From: a virus
DNA length: 27,363 bases
Virus genome (UHGV): UHGV-0044886
Reading direction: 5' to 3' (one strand)
Position numbers and translations under genes: made by a program. Numbering within the stretch: position 1 is the first letter of the stretch; every line of letters begins with the position of its first letter. Of the stretch, positions 6,471-15,668 are shown in pieces. The notes under the pieces are model-generated. The model was not told the origin of the DNA and did not search any database. It saw nothing but the letters and a program-made list of their open reading frames with translations.

Positions 6471-8060
6471 TTACTTAATAAGCAGCGGTACGCCCTGGAT
6501 ACGACGGGCTACGCCAGTCGGGCAGCAGGCCCAGACTACTTCCCATTTATCGAATTCCGCCTGCGTAACTTTCAGCACATACGGTTCTGTACCGTCAGCA
6601 TCAGGATCACGAGGAGCCACCAGAGCGCCGGAGGCGACAAAGCGATCTAAAAGTTTGGTCATCCCTTTAGTCAGGCCAGCCGCAGTAATACCGTCCGGGC
6701 TATGCTTCATCTGTCGGGCTAACTGGACAAAGAAACGGCTGATTGCATTCATCAGGGATGGGACGTGCTGGAAGTGCAGATAGTTATCCTGCGTGCAGCA
6801 AGTTAAAGCATCGTCGATGATCATCTGGCCAGAGGTGCCAACAGATACTTTATTGAGACGGCCCTTGACCATTGCTTCTTCGTCCGGGGTATCTTCCGGA
6901 TACAGCGGTTGAATTGACGCACGAGCAATGACGGCACGTTCTTCACCAGCCGGTGAGTAATGCCAACCGCCGACATCAGAGTTTTTCTTGACGCCACGAG
7001 CTTTCGCCGCATACGCCACGCCAGACAGACCAAAGACCACACGGGATTGGGTCCATTTGTCTTTGCAGGAGAACGGGTAGTGATAGACAGCACAGCTTAC
7101 ATAATCGGTACCAAGTAAACCGGTATCTTCAACAGCAGAGATCGCTTCCGTGTACGTCAATGTCGGTTTGACATCAAAGAAGCCATCAATCAGGCGATCT
7201 GCACAGATTTTACCTAATGCGGTGATAGCCGCATTGTCATAGCAGCCCAGGCCAAGAACAGCGGTGTACATGTACGGCGCATTATTCAGCACTTTAACCG
7301 CACGCAGGTACGCAGCGGTTGAGATTTTCGACTGATCGCCGTTGGTACCGCCAGTGAACGCCAACGATTTTTTGTTTGTTACTTTCGCTGTCGAAATCAG
7401 CTCTTCATTAACAACCGCGCGCAGATATTTAGAACGGGCTTCCAGAGCCGTAGGCAGATAACACAAGCGGCCCATGTCATCTTTCGCTTCTTCCGCCAAA
7501 GACACAGTGTGTGTCTCCAGGGTCGTTACCACGCCGAGCGAAGTCGTCTGGGTCAGTTTTAAGAGGAAGCGTTCATTACCCGCGCTGTCCGCTGTTGCCG
7601 TTTCGATGGTTAACTCACGGGTAGGTGAAATACACGGATCACCATCATCAACGTAGATAGCAAAGGCTTCGCCACTATCAAGTTCAATTTCAGAACCGTA
7701 TGGCAACGCACTGTAAGCCGGTTCGCCTGATTCATCGAACATAATAATCGGGAACTTCGCATCATCCGGAACAGCGCGAACAACATAACCAGACGTTTGC
7801 TGAATAGCTTCGTATACATGGCGAATTGGTTCGAACTGTGAGCCGGAAGACGGCTTCAGCGGTTCGCCGAGAACATCTTCGTAATTGGACTCAGTAACCG
7901 CAAGAACAGTAAACGGCTTGCCACGCGCAAATACGCCAATACCAGCCCATAAGCTGCTATTTAATGCAACACCGGTAGATAACGTCGCATCGGCATTGAT
8001 CGGGCTAACCGCGACGCCGGATGCATTACCTAATGACTGTTGAATTGAATATTGAGACAT
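6471..8060 (-). CDS. large phage structural protein, possibly contractile tail sheath
   Basis: 529-aa ORF between the capsid-like gene and the tail genes; sheath call is by size and position only. Confidence 0.45.
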   Translation of the reverse strand: MSQYSIQQSLGNASGVAVSPINADATLSTGVALNSSLWAGIGVFARGKPFTVLAVTESNYEDVLGEPLKPSSGSQFEPIRHVYEAIQQTSGYVVRAVPDDAKFPIIMFDESGEPAYSALPYGSEIELDSGEAFAIYVDDGDPCISPTRELTIETATADSAGNERFLLKLTQTTSLGVVTTLETHTVSLAEEAKDDMGRLCYLPTALEARSKYLRAVVNEELISTAKVTNKKSLAFTGGTNGDQSKISTAAYLRAVKVLNNAPYMYTAVLGLGCYDNAAITALGKICADRLIDGFFDVKPTLTYTEAISAVEDTGLLGTDYVSCAVYHYPFSCKDKWTQSRVVFGLSGVAYAAKARGVKKNSDVGGWHYSPAGEERAVIARASIQPLYPEDTPDEEAMVKGRLNKVSVGTSGQMIIDDALTCCTQDNYLHFQHVPSLMNAISRFFVQLARQMKHSPDGITAAGLTKGMTKLLDRFVASGALVAPRDPDADGTEPYVLKVTQAEFDKWEVVWACCPTGVARRIQGVPLLIK

Positions 8061-8120
8061 AACTTTCCCTGTTATGCGCCCCGCACGGGGGCGCTATGTT
8101 AAACGGAGAACTACCCCTGA

Positions 8121-9848
8121 TTACTCAGAGTCACCGGCATCAATCGTGTCGCCGCTAATGAAGTTAAGCCCGCCTTTTTTGGCCATTGTCAGCGTTACAC
8201 GAGTGAAGTAATCAGCGCCGTTGCGTGGGTGCATATCGTTGATAGCCGAACCCCACAGCGTGGTACGGTTGACCAGCGCCGGAGTGGTCGGATGCTGGAA
8301 CGGGATGGCCGGGACAGCATCACCAGTCACGAAGCCTGCTTTACCCGGATTTTCATCACGGACGTAGCACAGCACATCCATCGAGCTGAACTGAATGTTC
8401 TCTGTCGTTAAGTTCTTACAAATACCAGCAGGTACTTCGTACACTTTCACGTTACCGAACAGGGTACCGATGTAGTGAACATACGGAGTCTGGATATAGT
8501 CTTCGGCTGGCTGGAAGAAATCCTTCGGCAACTGTTTGAAGAAAGATGCTGCATCAGCACCAGCAAACATCCCCATCGCACCAGAAGATTTAACGCGCTC
8601 AATAATGTCGCGATATACAGTCTGGAATTTGCCACGAATGATGGTTGCCCATACATCAAAGGACTGGTTAACCGGCAGAGCGATGTCAAAGGTGTCGGTC
8701 GCAAGAGTACGCCAGATCATGATGCGAAGACGCAGCATATCCTGTTCATGAGACAGGTATTCCTTCAGGGTGCGGAACTGTAGGGAACCCAGGTCCAGAC
8801 CAAATTCACGCTGTGCTTCATACGCCGCCTGTACCGTGTGCTCAGCCGCGATAACGAACTGGCTTGGGAACAGGGTGTATTTCTTCATTTCGTGGTTGAT
8901 CAGCGGGATCAGCTCAGGAGCGGCTTCAATATTGATTTCCGTCTCAATTGCGATCTCAGTGCCTTTATCCGGCGCTTTGGAGAACGACAGGGCAATCTGA
9001 CCAATGTTGTAGTTCAGAGAGCAGGTAACAGTGATTTGCTCACCAGCAGCATTAGTAAACGAGTGAAGTAGGCTGCCGGAACCGTTATCAACAACAGACT
9101 TAATACGGTTAACGTAGATATTAGTGCGACCTTTTCGGATTGGTACATTCTGGCCTTCGAAGTCTTCCATCTTGAAGGTTGCGGTTTTGCTGGTGCCATC
9201 GGAGCTTGCCACCAGCACATAGCGGCGGCGTAACTGGCTGTACACACCGACGGATTGCATGTCCAGAACATCACCAGCAGCATAAGAACCAAAAGAGGAA
9301 CCTGCCACGTTAAAGACTTCATAGATGTCGGACTGGTCACGCGTAACCGGAATGAAGGTACACGCATCAGCGGTAGCTGCCCCCAACTGAACAGGCAGGA
9401 TCATCGCGAGGAATAAAGGCAGACGCATAACACCGTCAGAAACGCTCATCATCTCTGCTGCGACGGATTCCAGCATCGCTTTATTAGTGGCATCCATGCT
9501 ATTGCGGGTGGACTCAATCAGGCAGTTTTCCAGCGTCTGGTGGCAGGAGGCCAGAATTTCCGGACGCGGCATAGATTTATGTGCTGCGGCGTAGTCAGCC
9601 AGTGCACTTGCCCACGCTGTAGCGATTTGAGCGGTGGCATTATCAGAGATACCCGCAAAAACCGGGTCTTTACGTGCAGCTTCAAGGATAGATGCGGCAC
9701 GCGCGGCATCATCTTTAATGAATTGGTTATCAGTACCGAACTGCGCAGTGCTTGCCCAGCCAAGCACAGCTTTAGAGCGTTTTGCGATATCTGCAATACG
9801 ATTCTGGTATTCGCGTAAGTTACTCAATTTACTCTTCCTTAAACACAA
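8121..9848 (-). CDS. large phage structural protein, possibly major capsid protein precursor (P1 gp23-like)
   Basis: 575-aa ORF from a TTG at 9848; a second TTG at 9827 with an AAGGAAGAG RBS is the more likely start (568 aa). Sits adjacent to parS as P1 gene 23 does. Confidence 0.4.
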   Translation of the reverse strand: MCLRKSKLSNLREYQNRIADIAKRSKAVLGWASTAQFGTDNQFIKDDAARAASILEAARKDPVFAGISDNATAQIATAWASALADYAAAHKSMPRPEILASCHQTLENCLIESTRNSMDATNKAMLESVAAEMMSVSDGVMRLPLFLAMILPVQLGAATADACTFIPVTRDQSDIYEVFNVAGSSFGSYAAGDVLDMQSVGVYSQLRRRYVLVASSDGTSKTATFKMEDFEGQNVPIRKGRTNIYVNRIKSVVDNGSGSLLHSFTNAAGEQITVTCSLNYNIGQIALSFSKAPDKGTEIAIETEINIEAAPELIPLINHEMKKYTLFPSQFVIAAEHTVQAAYEAQREFGLDLGSLQFRTLKEYLSHEQDMLRLRIMIWRTLATDTFDIALPVNQSFDVWATIIRGKFQTVYRDIIERVKSSGAMGMFAGADAASFFKQLPKDFFQPAEDYIQTPYVHYIGTLFGNVKVYEVPAGICKNLTTENIQFSSMDVLCYVRDENPGKAGFVTGDAVPAIPFQHPTTPALVNRTTLWGSAINDMHPRNGADYFTRVTLTMAKKGGLNFISGDTIDAGDSE

Positions 9849-9954
9849 GGCACTTGTGTGAATCCCTTTTCGGAAGAGATTTTATTGAAAGTCACTTGTT
9901 GACTTTCTCGCTAAAAGTAATTTTTTAAATTTTTTGTGCGGGGGAGGGGGGCAA

Positions 9955-10070
9955 GTAAAACAGGCGTGAAATCGTGGGAATTTCAGTCTGAAATTTTCCA
10001 TGAATATCTATATATATCATATATTTATACATGAAATAGGCGCGGGACATTTTAGACAGGGGAGGGGGCT
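9955..10070. other. parS: parS-like partition site (ParB heptamer boxes flanking an AT-rich IHF-like core)
   Basis: Immediately downstream of parB. GTGAAATCGTGGGAATTTCAG and CTGAAATTTTCC heptamer-box-like motifs (ATTTCAC/GTGAAAT family) flank the AT-rich segment CATGAATATCTATATATATCATATATTTATACATG. Confidence 0.45.
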
Positions 10071-10093
10071 AAAGCCGCCTCCCACCAGCGGGA

Positions 10094-11059
10094 TTATTCC
10101 CCAGCAGACATTTTCCCAATGATTTTTTTTATTGCTTCGTCAATTTCAGTTTGCACTTCAGACGGGAGTCTGGAGAACTCGTAGGCGACAACCCGTTTTT
10201 TCGGATCGGACTTCTTTCGGGCATATTGGCGACGGTCAGAGAAGTCTCGCAGCTTCTCAACCACCACAGATTTAACCGGCGCGGGCTTCAGGCTTTTGCT
10301 TTCCGCTTTGAAGATAGCCAGTATCTTCGCTTTATCCTCTTTCGCGCCCTCAGTCTCTGCAATTCGTTCGCGCACCGTATCAACCAGCTCTTCAATCGGC
10401 ACGCTTTTAGCGTTAGCATCCTCGGCGATCTGGAGCAGTAACTGGTAATCTGGAAGGGCGAGATCGCTGGCTACGGGGAAGACAGCAATCATCTCATCCG
10501 GCACCGCGGCAGCCTGGAAAGCTCGCGTCACTTTTGCCTTTGAGATGTTCTCAGCTCGGGCGATCTCTTCTTTGGTCATATTCTTACCGTACATAACCTC
10601 GAAGCGTTTACCCAGCTCGCGCAGAGTGTGTTCGCGGGCTGTCTGGATATCAATGGCCAGCTGGCGGGCATCCGCCAGGCTGATCTCATCTTTCGTCACC
10701 AGAATCTCAAATTTCGTTTCATTGAAGATACACGCAGCGCGGCGACGCGATCCGTCCAATACCTCAATGCGCTCCCCAACCATACGACCGATAGCCGGGA
10801 AGAACTGTTGCAATTTAATGGTGCGGGAAATATCGCTTACCGACTCAGGGGTGAGCAGAGACTGATCGCGGCCGTTAACTGCCGGGTCAACGAACGTGCG
10901 CGACTCAATCTCACCACTCAGCACGACGGTAAGCAAGAATTTAGCCTGGCGGCCAGATTTTAGGGTAAAGGTTTTGGTGCCTTCACTGCCTTCAAGCATG
11001 CGAGCAAACTCGGAGCTATTCTTGCCCAGCACTCGTCCACGGGAAACTATTTTTTTCAT
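10094..11059 (-). CDS. parB: ParB partition protein (P1/P7 family)
   Basis: 321 aa; contains the ParB-family ...ILDGSRRR... motif; start overlaps the parA stop. Confidence 0.85.
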   Translation of the reverse strand: MKKIVSRGRVLGKNSSEFARMLEGSEGTKTFTLKSGRQAKFLLTVVLSGEIESRTFVDPAVNGRDQSLLTPESVSDISRTIKLQQFFPAIGRMVGERIEVLDGSRRRAACIFNETKFEILVTKDEISLADARQLAIDIQTAREHTLRELGKRFEVMYGKNMTKEEIARAENISKAKVTRAFQAAAVPDEMIAVFPVASDLALPDYQLLLQIAEDANAKSVPIEELVDTVRERIAETEGAKEDKAKILAIFKAESKSLKPAPVKSVVVEKLRDFSDRRQYARKKSDPKKRVVAYEFSRLPSEVQTEIDEAIKKIIGKMSAGE

Positions 11060-12267
11060 GCCGCCTCACCCCTAACAAACTCAATTCGATCAAACACAGC
11101 CTTAGTGAAACGCTCGGCCTCGGTTCGTGCCTTCTTCAGCGCCTCTGCACTGCCTGGATACGATTGCGGGTTGGCACTGATTACGGTGTCGAAAGACTCG
11201 CCGCATCGCTCAAAGCCATCCAGACGAGGCAGAGAAGAGTCCAGAATGTTGCTGGCGTAAACCTCACGCGCAAGGCTGTGTGATGTCTCGTGATCGCGCT
11301 TGCCGGTCATCTTCGACATAAAACCAATGCTGGCGCTCAAACGCGGTTCTACGCCTTCCTCCTCCAGTTGCTCCAGCATTTCTGGCAGACGGGTGAGATA
11401 TTTCAGTGTTGAGTGGAAGTCAACCTGGGCTGGTGGGGTAGGGGTAAGCAGCAAATCGCTGGCCGCCAGACCGTTGAGCAGGAACGGATCCAGGTGTGGA
11501 CCGGTATCAATAAAGATAAAGTCATAATCATCCGCAACACGATCAATGATATTGCGTCGAAGGATTTCGTACTGATTTTGTCCGGGAAGATGCTCTTCAA
11601 CCAGCTCTTTCCATTGGCTGGCAACAAAGCCATCGTCGATAGAGGCTGGAATCACGTCTACGCCAGGAACGATGGTCGGACGAATCACCTCTTTGCGTAG
11701 CGTCTCCGCGTCCAGGTCGTTCAGCATCGCCTGCGCGGCGGTTTCCAGGATGGAACCAATACTGTGAGTATGGTCGAGGAACATTGTGCTGGATGCCTGA
11801 GGGTCAAGGTCAATTACCAGAATGCGCAGATCGTGACGCAGTAAATCCTGATGCACACGCAGAGCGTGCGCCAACGTGACTGTGGAAACCGTTTTGGATA
11901 CGCCACCCTTCAGGTTTACGACAAAAATAACGTAAGGCGATTTGTGAATGTCGCGATATTTGGGGATCTTACGGTGGGCATAGATATCAATGACGTTCTG
12001 GATGGTCAGCGCGTACTGTTCAACGTTACCGACCTGTTTCTTGTTGAACTGGTACCCATCATCTTCCATCTCTTTGATGGCCTGCTCCACAATACGGCGG
12101 CTCAGCTTCGGCAACTTTGCCACAGCGTTACGAGTGAACGTCTGATAATACTCGGTCTGATTGAACTCTTTGCGCTGATCTTCAATATCCTGACTCATGG
12201 CCTTAAGTAATGCGCTTGCACGAAGAGCTATGGTGCCGACACCGCCGTAATCGCGTTTCATCATCAT
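11056..12267 (-). CDS. parA: ParA partition ATPase (type Ia, long N-terminal DNA-binding extension)
   Basis: 403 aa; deviant Walker A NLKGGVSKT and Walker B-like IDTGPHLD motifs. Three consecutive ATGs at the start; the third (12261) has better SD spacing. Confidence 0.9.
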   Translation of the reverse strand: MMMKRDYGGVGTIALRASALLKAMSQDIEDQRKEFNQTEYYQTFTRNAVAKLPKLSRRIVEQAIKEMEDDGYQFNKKQVGNVEQYALTIQNVIDIYAHRKIPKYRDIHKSPYVIFVVNLKGGVSKTVSTVTLAHALRVHQDLLRHDLRILVIDLDPQASSTMFLDHTHSIGSILETAAQAMLNDLDAETLRKEVIRPTIVPGVDVIPASIDDGFVASQWKELVEEHLPGQNQYEILRRNIIDRVADDYDFIFIDTGPHLDPFLLNGLAASDLLLTPTPPAQVDFHSTLKYLTRLPEMLEQLEEEGVEPRLSASIGFMSKMTGKRDHETSHSLAREVYASNILDSSLPRLDGFERCGESFDTVISANPQSYPGSAEALKKARTEAERFTKAVFDRIEFVRGEAA

Positions 12268-12377
12268 CTCCTTATCATTTCGTATGAGTGAATTGTACGT
12301 TTGATTCTGCTACGTGCAACTTTTTTTGATTCGTGCGTCAATTATTGCACGTAAAGAAATGGCGATGTGGCTATTAG

Positions 12378-12662
12378 ATGTGTGCTGGAGGGATGATGCA
12401 GGACCAGAATGTGCGATAGAGGGAAGTCGCATTAAATTATGTGCTGTGGAGGGATCGCTGGTATCAAATATGTGTGCTGGAGGGAAAGGCAGAGAATTAC
12501 ATGTGCACTGGAGGGAAAAACGGATGGACAGATGTGTGCTGGAGGGAAAGTCTGGGCAAACTGCGGGGCGTCCCCCTCCAGCGCACATCAAAAACAGGAA
12601 ATTAGACAAGCCTTCCCGGCAGCACACATTTTTTTAATGCAGCTTCCCTCCAGCACACACTT
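12378..12662. repeat. incA-like iteron array (about nine ~19-bp RepA-binding repeats, in both orientations)
   Basis: Direct copies of GATGTGTGCTGGAGGGAAA-like repeats at ~12378, 12407 (degenerate), 12438, 12469, 12500, 12531; inverted copies (CCCTCCAGCACACAT-like) at ~12574, 12615, 12646. Sits downstream of repA. Confidence 0.8.
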
Positions 12663-13521
12663 ATTCTGGGAGTTTCAGCTTTGGATTGCGAGAATGGACG
12701 ATTACAAAACTTTCCCGGCCTTTCTTCTCAATTGAACAGTCGAGATAGCCGATTGTTTTAAGCTGTTCTATCGCTTTCTTAATGATACGGTTTTGCTCGC
12801 CAACAGCTGACTGCAAAGCCAGGCGCTCACGGATTCGGGCGAAAGATAGCGGCAACGGATTCTGCGGAAGGCTTTCGATGAAAGTGTAAATGGCTTGTGC
12901 AGCTTCTTTCTTCGGAAGGGCACGCAAGGCGTGGTGTTGCAACAGAACGCGATAATCAAGCTGGAACAGCTCCCACAGCTTCGAATCAGCCTCCAGCTCT
13001 ATCAGATCAAGGTCAGCATCAAAACGACCGACCTTTAGCAGACCAGTCTGATAGCCGCCTTTAGCATCTTTTCCGCGCTTAAAAGCGATACCCTTGTTAC
13101 GTAAGCGTCCAAGTGATTCATGAATGGTTAAACGCAGTTTCGCATCCAGACGTTTTGAGGGGAAACCACAGGCTTTAGCGAATTCCTGAAACGATAACTG
13201 GATGGTGTTTGAGGACAAGCCGTATTTGCTGAACGCGTAGATGACACCGATCCACGTTTTGAAATCAGTATCCATATCGAGTCGAGGACCGGTGATTTTA
13301 ATATCATCGTAACCCTCGGCTTTAGCTATCTCCAGCTGGGAAAATGCTTTGGTGGCATCAATCTCTTTACTTTCTCCTTTGCTCTTTGATGGCTTCGGCA
13401 CGAATACCCCCAAGCGCATCAACGCTACAGGCTGCACAGTGTTGTTTGAATTAACTGTTAGTTCTTTTGCCTTACTTTCAATGTCTGCGTAAAGAATATC
13501 GGAGATAAATGATTGATTCAT
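12661..13521 (-). CDS. repA: RepA plasmid replication initiator (iteron-binding)
   Basis: 286-aa ORF flanked upstream by five iterons plus origin and downstream by nine iterons, the P1 R-replicon layout. Confidence 0.85.
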   Translation of the reverse strand: MNQSFISDILYADIESKAKELTVNSNNTVQPVALMRLGVFVPKPSKSKGESKEIDATKAFSQLEIAKAEGYDDIKITGPRLDMDTDFKTWIGVIYAFSKYGLSSNTIQLSFQEFAKACGFPSKRLDAKLRLTIHESLGRLRNKGIAFKRGKDAKGGYQTGLLKVGRFDADLDLIELEADSKLWELFQLDYRVLLQHHALRALPKKEAAQAIYTFIESLPQNPLPLSFARIRERLALQSAVGEQNRIIKKAIEQLKTIGYLDCSIEKKGRESFVIVHSRNPKLKLPE

Positions 13522-13577
13522 ATTACTTTTTCCGAATTGTGTGGATAGTTTTTATAAGTGGTGATAACTACCCAGGC

Positions 13578-13690
13578 TTTCCCGTCAGCACACATCCTAT
13601 ATCCCGCCAGCACACATTAGCAACCCGTCAGCACACATTTTTATCCCTCCAGCACACATCGTTTTCCCTCCAGCACACATCGCGATACAC
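13578..13690. repeat. incC-like iteron array (five direct repeats) in the repA promoter/origin region
   Basis: Five copies of (T)CCC(G/T)(T/C)CAGCACACAT spaced ~21 bp apart immediately upstream of repA. Confidence 0.75.
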
Positions 13691-13699
13691 TTCTAAGCC

Positions 13700-13800
13700 A
13701 GACGTGGCGCGGCCTGCAACGATCAGGGATCTATATGGATCTAATTGGGATCTGTATGGACCTGATTATTGGATCTATCCAGTGGATAATGTGGATAAGT
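13700..13800. other. oriR-like plasmid origin core (five clustered GATC sites and DnaA boxes)
   Basis: GATC at 13721, 13728, 13738, 13749 and 13772; DnaA-box matches TGTGGATAA at 13790-13798 and GTGGATAA at ~13782. An additional TGTGGATAG sits at 13541-13549 on the repA-proximal side. Confidence 0.6.
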
Positions 13801-13802
13801 GA

Positions 13803-13827
13803 AAAACCGGCCAACGTAGCCGGTTGG
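13803..13827. terminator. bidirectional intrinsic terminator (AACCGGC-CAACGTA-GCCGGTT)
   Basis: 7-bp stem flanked by an A-run 5' and T-run on the opposite strand; ends the minus-strand operon 15953->13840. Confidence 0.5.
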
Positions 13828-13839
13828 AAGGGAGTCGTA

Positions 13840-14232
13840 TTATTCTACGCTTTCGATGAGAAGACCATGTTCATAGCATTTAAGCTCATCGCCCTCGTAC
13901 AGGAATTGGTATCCAATACCACCATATTCAGGCACATTAGGGAATAACTCATCACTTACCGAAGAACAAATCACACCAATGCAGCGATCAACGCCTTCTC
14001 GTTCTTCAGTGCTGAAAAAATCCTCTTCGGTAAGAACATGAGTACATTGCTCATCAGCATAGGTCGGAAATACATGCTCAATGCAATCCGGGTGTTTTAA
14101 ACCAAGCTGATCGGCAAGCTCGAAAGCACGACGGTATTGTTCAGATCCTGGCTTGCCAACAGTGATTTGCTCAATTTTGTAGATTGAAGTCGCTTTGTTG
14201 ATAGTTTGCTTTACTGTTACTTTATCAGACAT
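13840..14232 (-). CDS. hypothetical protein (130 aa)
   Basis: ORF with an acidic C-terminal half; last gene of the minus-strand operon. Confidence 0.5.
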   Translation of the reverse strand: MSDKVTVKQTINKATSIYKIEQITVGKPGSEQYRRAFELADQLGLKHPDCIEHVFPTYADEQCTHVLTEEDFFSTEEREGVDRCIGVICSSVSDELFPNVPEYGGIGYQFLYEGDELKCYEHGLLIESVE

Positions 14233-14243
14233 AAAAATCCCTT

Positions 14244-14495
14244 TTAGTTACCGCTAATAGCTCGGTTGTAATCATTAACGTTGCGATTCTTCCTGTTAAT
14301 CCCCATCAGCATCGTTTCTGTATCGAGGATATACGCTGGCAGATCATCAAAATATTCACTGCTAAACTCTGGCATCCTGCACATAAATGCACTTTTGGGG
14401 GCAGGGTGGTTAACCTTTGTCGGCGTCGGCGTTAAATTCGCTGATCGACTCCCGGAGCAACCGCTGAGTGTCAGCAGGAATACGCTGGCGAACAT
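14244..14495 (-). CDS. small outer-membrane lipoprotein, Rz1/o-spanin-like (possibly the P1 mlp equivalent)
   Basis: Signal peptide with lipobox LTLSGC; proline-rich mature N-terminus (TPTPTKVNHPAPK); the gene overlaps the 3' end of the upstream ORF in another frame. ORF track gives 14244..14576; the lipoprotein start at Met 14495 is preferred. Confidence 0.5.
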   Translation of the reverse strand: MFASVFLLTLSGCSGSRSANLTPTPTKVNHPAPKSAFMCRMPEFSSEYFDDLPAYILDTETMLMGINRKNRNVNDYNRAISGN

Positions 14496-14832
14496 TACCC
14501 GCCGCAACCAGTTGTTTCTGAACTTCAGCTTTTCGTTCCATTTGCCTGTCAGCATACTTGGCTTGTTCTGATTCATTTTTCACTTCCTGGCTGTGAAAAT
14601 GTTGCTCTGCTTTGTTCATCGTCTCAATGGTCTGGTTAAGATCCATTATTGACTTATCACGCTCCTTAACAGCCTGATCAAGACTGCCAATTTTCTCTAT
14701 GGCTTGCTTTAGCTGATGACGTTCCCATGCAAACCCAGCACCAACAAGTGCGCAAATCAGAACAAGAACACCAGTAGCAGCAAGTTTCTCCTTCAAAGAC
14801 AAAGCTGTTTTTAACGTAGAAAAGAATGACAT
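14410..14832 (-). CDS. membrane-anchored coiled-coil protein, Rz/i-spanin-like (possibly the P1 ppfA equivalent)
   Basis: Start at ATG 14832 with an AGGAGG RBS; one N-terminal TM helix (AATGVLVLICALVGAGFAW) followed by a charged, predicted coiled-coil periplasmic domain; the 3' end overlaps the lipoprotein gene. Confidence 0.5.
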   Translation of the reverse strand: MSFFSTLKTALSLKEKLAATGVLVLICALVGAGFAWERHQLKQAIEKIGSLDQAVKERDKSIMDLNQTIETMNKAEQHFHSQEVKNESEQAKYADRQMERKAEVQKQLVAAGNVRQRIPADTQRLLRESISEFNADADKG

Positions 14833-14871
14833 GTCTTCCTCCTGAAGAAAAATTATCAATGAAGTCCTTTG

Positions 14872-15660
14872 TTACTGTGCCGCTTTGTTTAATTCATCAA
14901 GAACAGAATCAGGAACCAAAGCGGCAACTGCGCTGGCTGTGCTGGCCTTATTTGCTGATGCTTCCGCAAGCGCGGTACCGATAGCATGGTTATAAGCAGT
15001 TATGGCTACGCTGGCGCTTTCCTTCGCTCGTTCATACTGCTGTTGCAATGCTGCTACCGGTACTGTTGTCTGGTCGAAAAAAGCACCAAATTGTTCAGTA
15101 GCTTCCTTCAGTGCTTCAACTTGTTGTTCTGTCAGTGCTGGTGGGGGAGTGACTGCGCCGCCACCTGAATCAGAGCCTGACGAGCTTCCTGAGCCTGTGT
15201 TAAGGGTCTGGTTAATGTCCTCCATAGCAGCGACTAAACTCGACGTATTAAGCGCATTTACAGCGTCCTCAAGCGATTTCGTTGTAGTCGCGTCACCAAT
15301 GGCAATAGAGATCGGCAGTTCTGAAACTTCTCGCTCATTAGCACGACAGTAAACATCCCAACCAATATCGAGTTGAAGGAGCATTGACAGATCAGCATAA
15401 CCAGCCAACAGGTCCGCGTGCTGAGTTGCCAGCCCTCCAATATTCGTTAAACCGGTTGCGGTTGTTCTGATCGTTGAAACATAGCTGGTAATAGTGTCGG
15501 GATAGACAATTGTATCCAGAATTAATCCGGTCAATTCTTCTGCAAGCAGTTTTGCTGTGTTAGCACTGTTTCGTGCCGATGTTATGGCACCAGGTGTTTT
15601 CATCCCACCGGCGGCGGCCAATTTTTTATATGCGGATAACTGGTAGTCTTTTTCCAGCAT
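14872..15660 (-). CDS. hypothetical protein (262 aa) with a Gly/Ser-rich linker, function unknown
   Basis: ATG 15660 with an AGGAG RBS 9 nt after the upstream stop; contains the low-complexity linker TGSGSSSGSDSGGGAVTPPPA. Confidence 0.55.
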   Translation of the reverse strand: MLEKDYQLSAYKKLAAAGGMKTPGAITSARNSANTAKLLAEELTGLILDTIVYPDTITSYVSTIRTTATGLTNIGGLATQHADLLAGYADLSMLLQLDIGWDVYCRANEREVSELPISIAIGDATTTKSLEDAVNALNTSSLVAAMEDINQTLNTGSGSSSGSDSGGGAVTPPPALTEQQVEALKEATEQFGAFFDQTTVPVAALQQQYERAKESASVAITAYNHAIGTALAEASANKASTASAVAALVPDSVLDELNKAAQ

Positions 15661-15668
15661 GATATCTC

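Noticed and set aside
6177-6783. Plus-strand ORFs 6177..6650 and 6454..6783
   Set aside because: Antisense to the 271-aa and 529-aa structural genes; Cys/Arg-rich; no independent signals.
8229-9861. Multiple 60-117 aa ORFs on both strands within 8229..9861
   Set aside because: All lie inside the 575-aa capsid-like gene, mostly antisense or out of frame; no RBSs; consistent with chance ORFs in a long coding region.
10151-10963. Plus-strand ORFs 10151..10441, 10545..10865 and 10628..10963
   Set aside because: Antisense to parB, a well-supported gene with a conserved motif; shadow ORFs.
11300-12210. ORFs 11300..11527, 11403..11633, 11413..11700 and 11851..12210
   Set aside because: Inside or antisense to parA, which carries clear Walker motifs; no independent support.
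12310-12735. Overlapping ORFs 12310..12627 (-), 12314..12637 (+) and 12439..12735 (+) rich in Cys/Ala/Gly
   Set aside because: They run through the incA iteron array; the repetitive GTGTGCTGGAGGGA units create long stop-free frames on both strands. No start context; the region is a protein-binding repeat array.
12378-13690. Possible CRISPR array (short direct repeats with regular spacing)
   Set aside because: Repeats are ~19 bp with ~12-nt irregular spacers, occur in both orientations, flank a repA gene and sit next to DnaA boxes and a GATC cluster: these are replicon iterons, not CRISPR repeats. No cas genes in the window.
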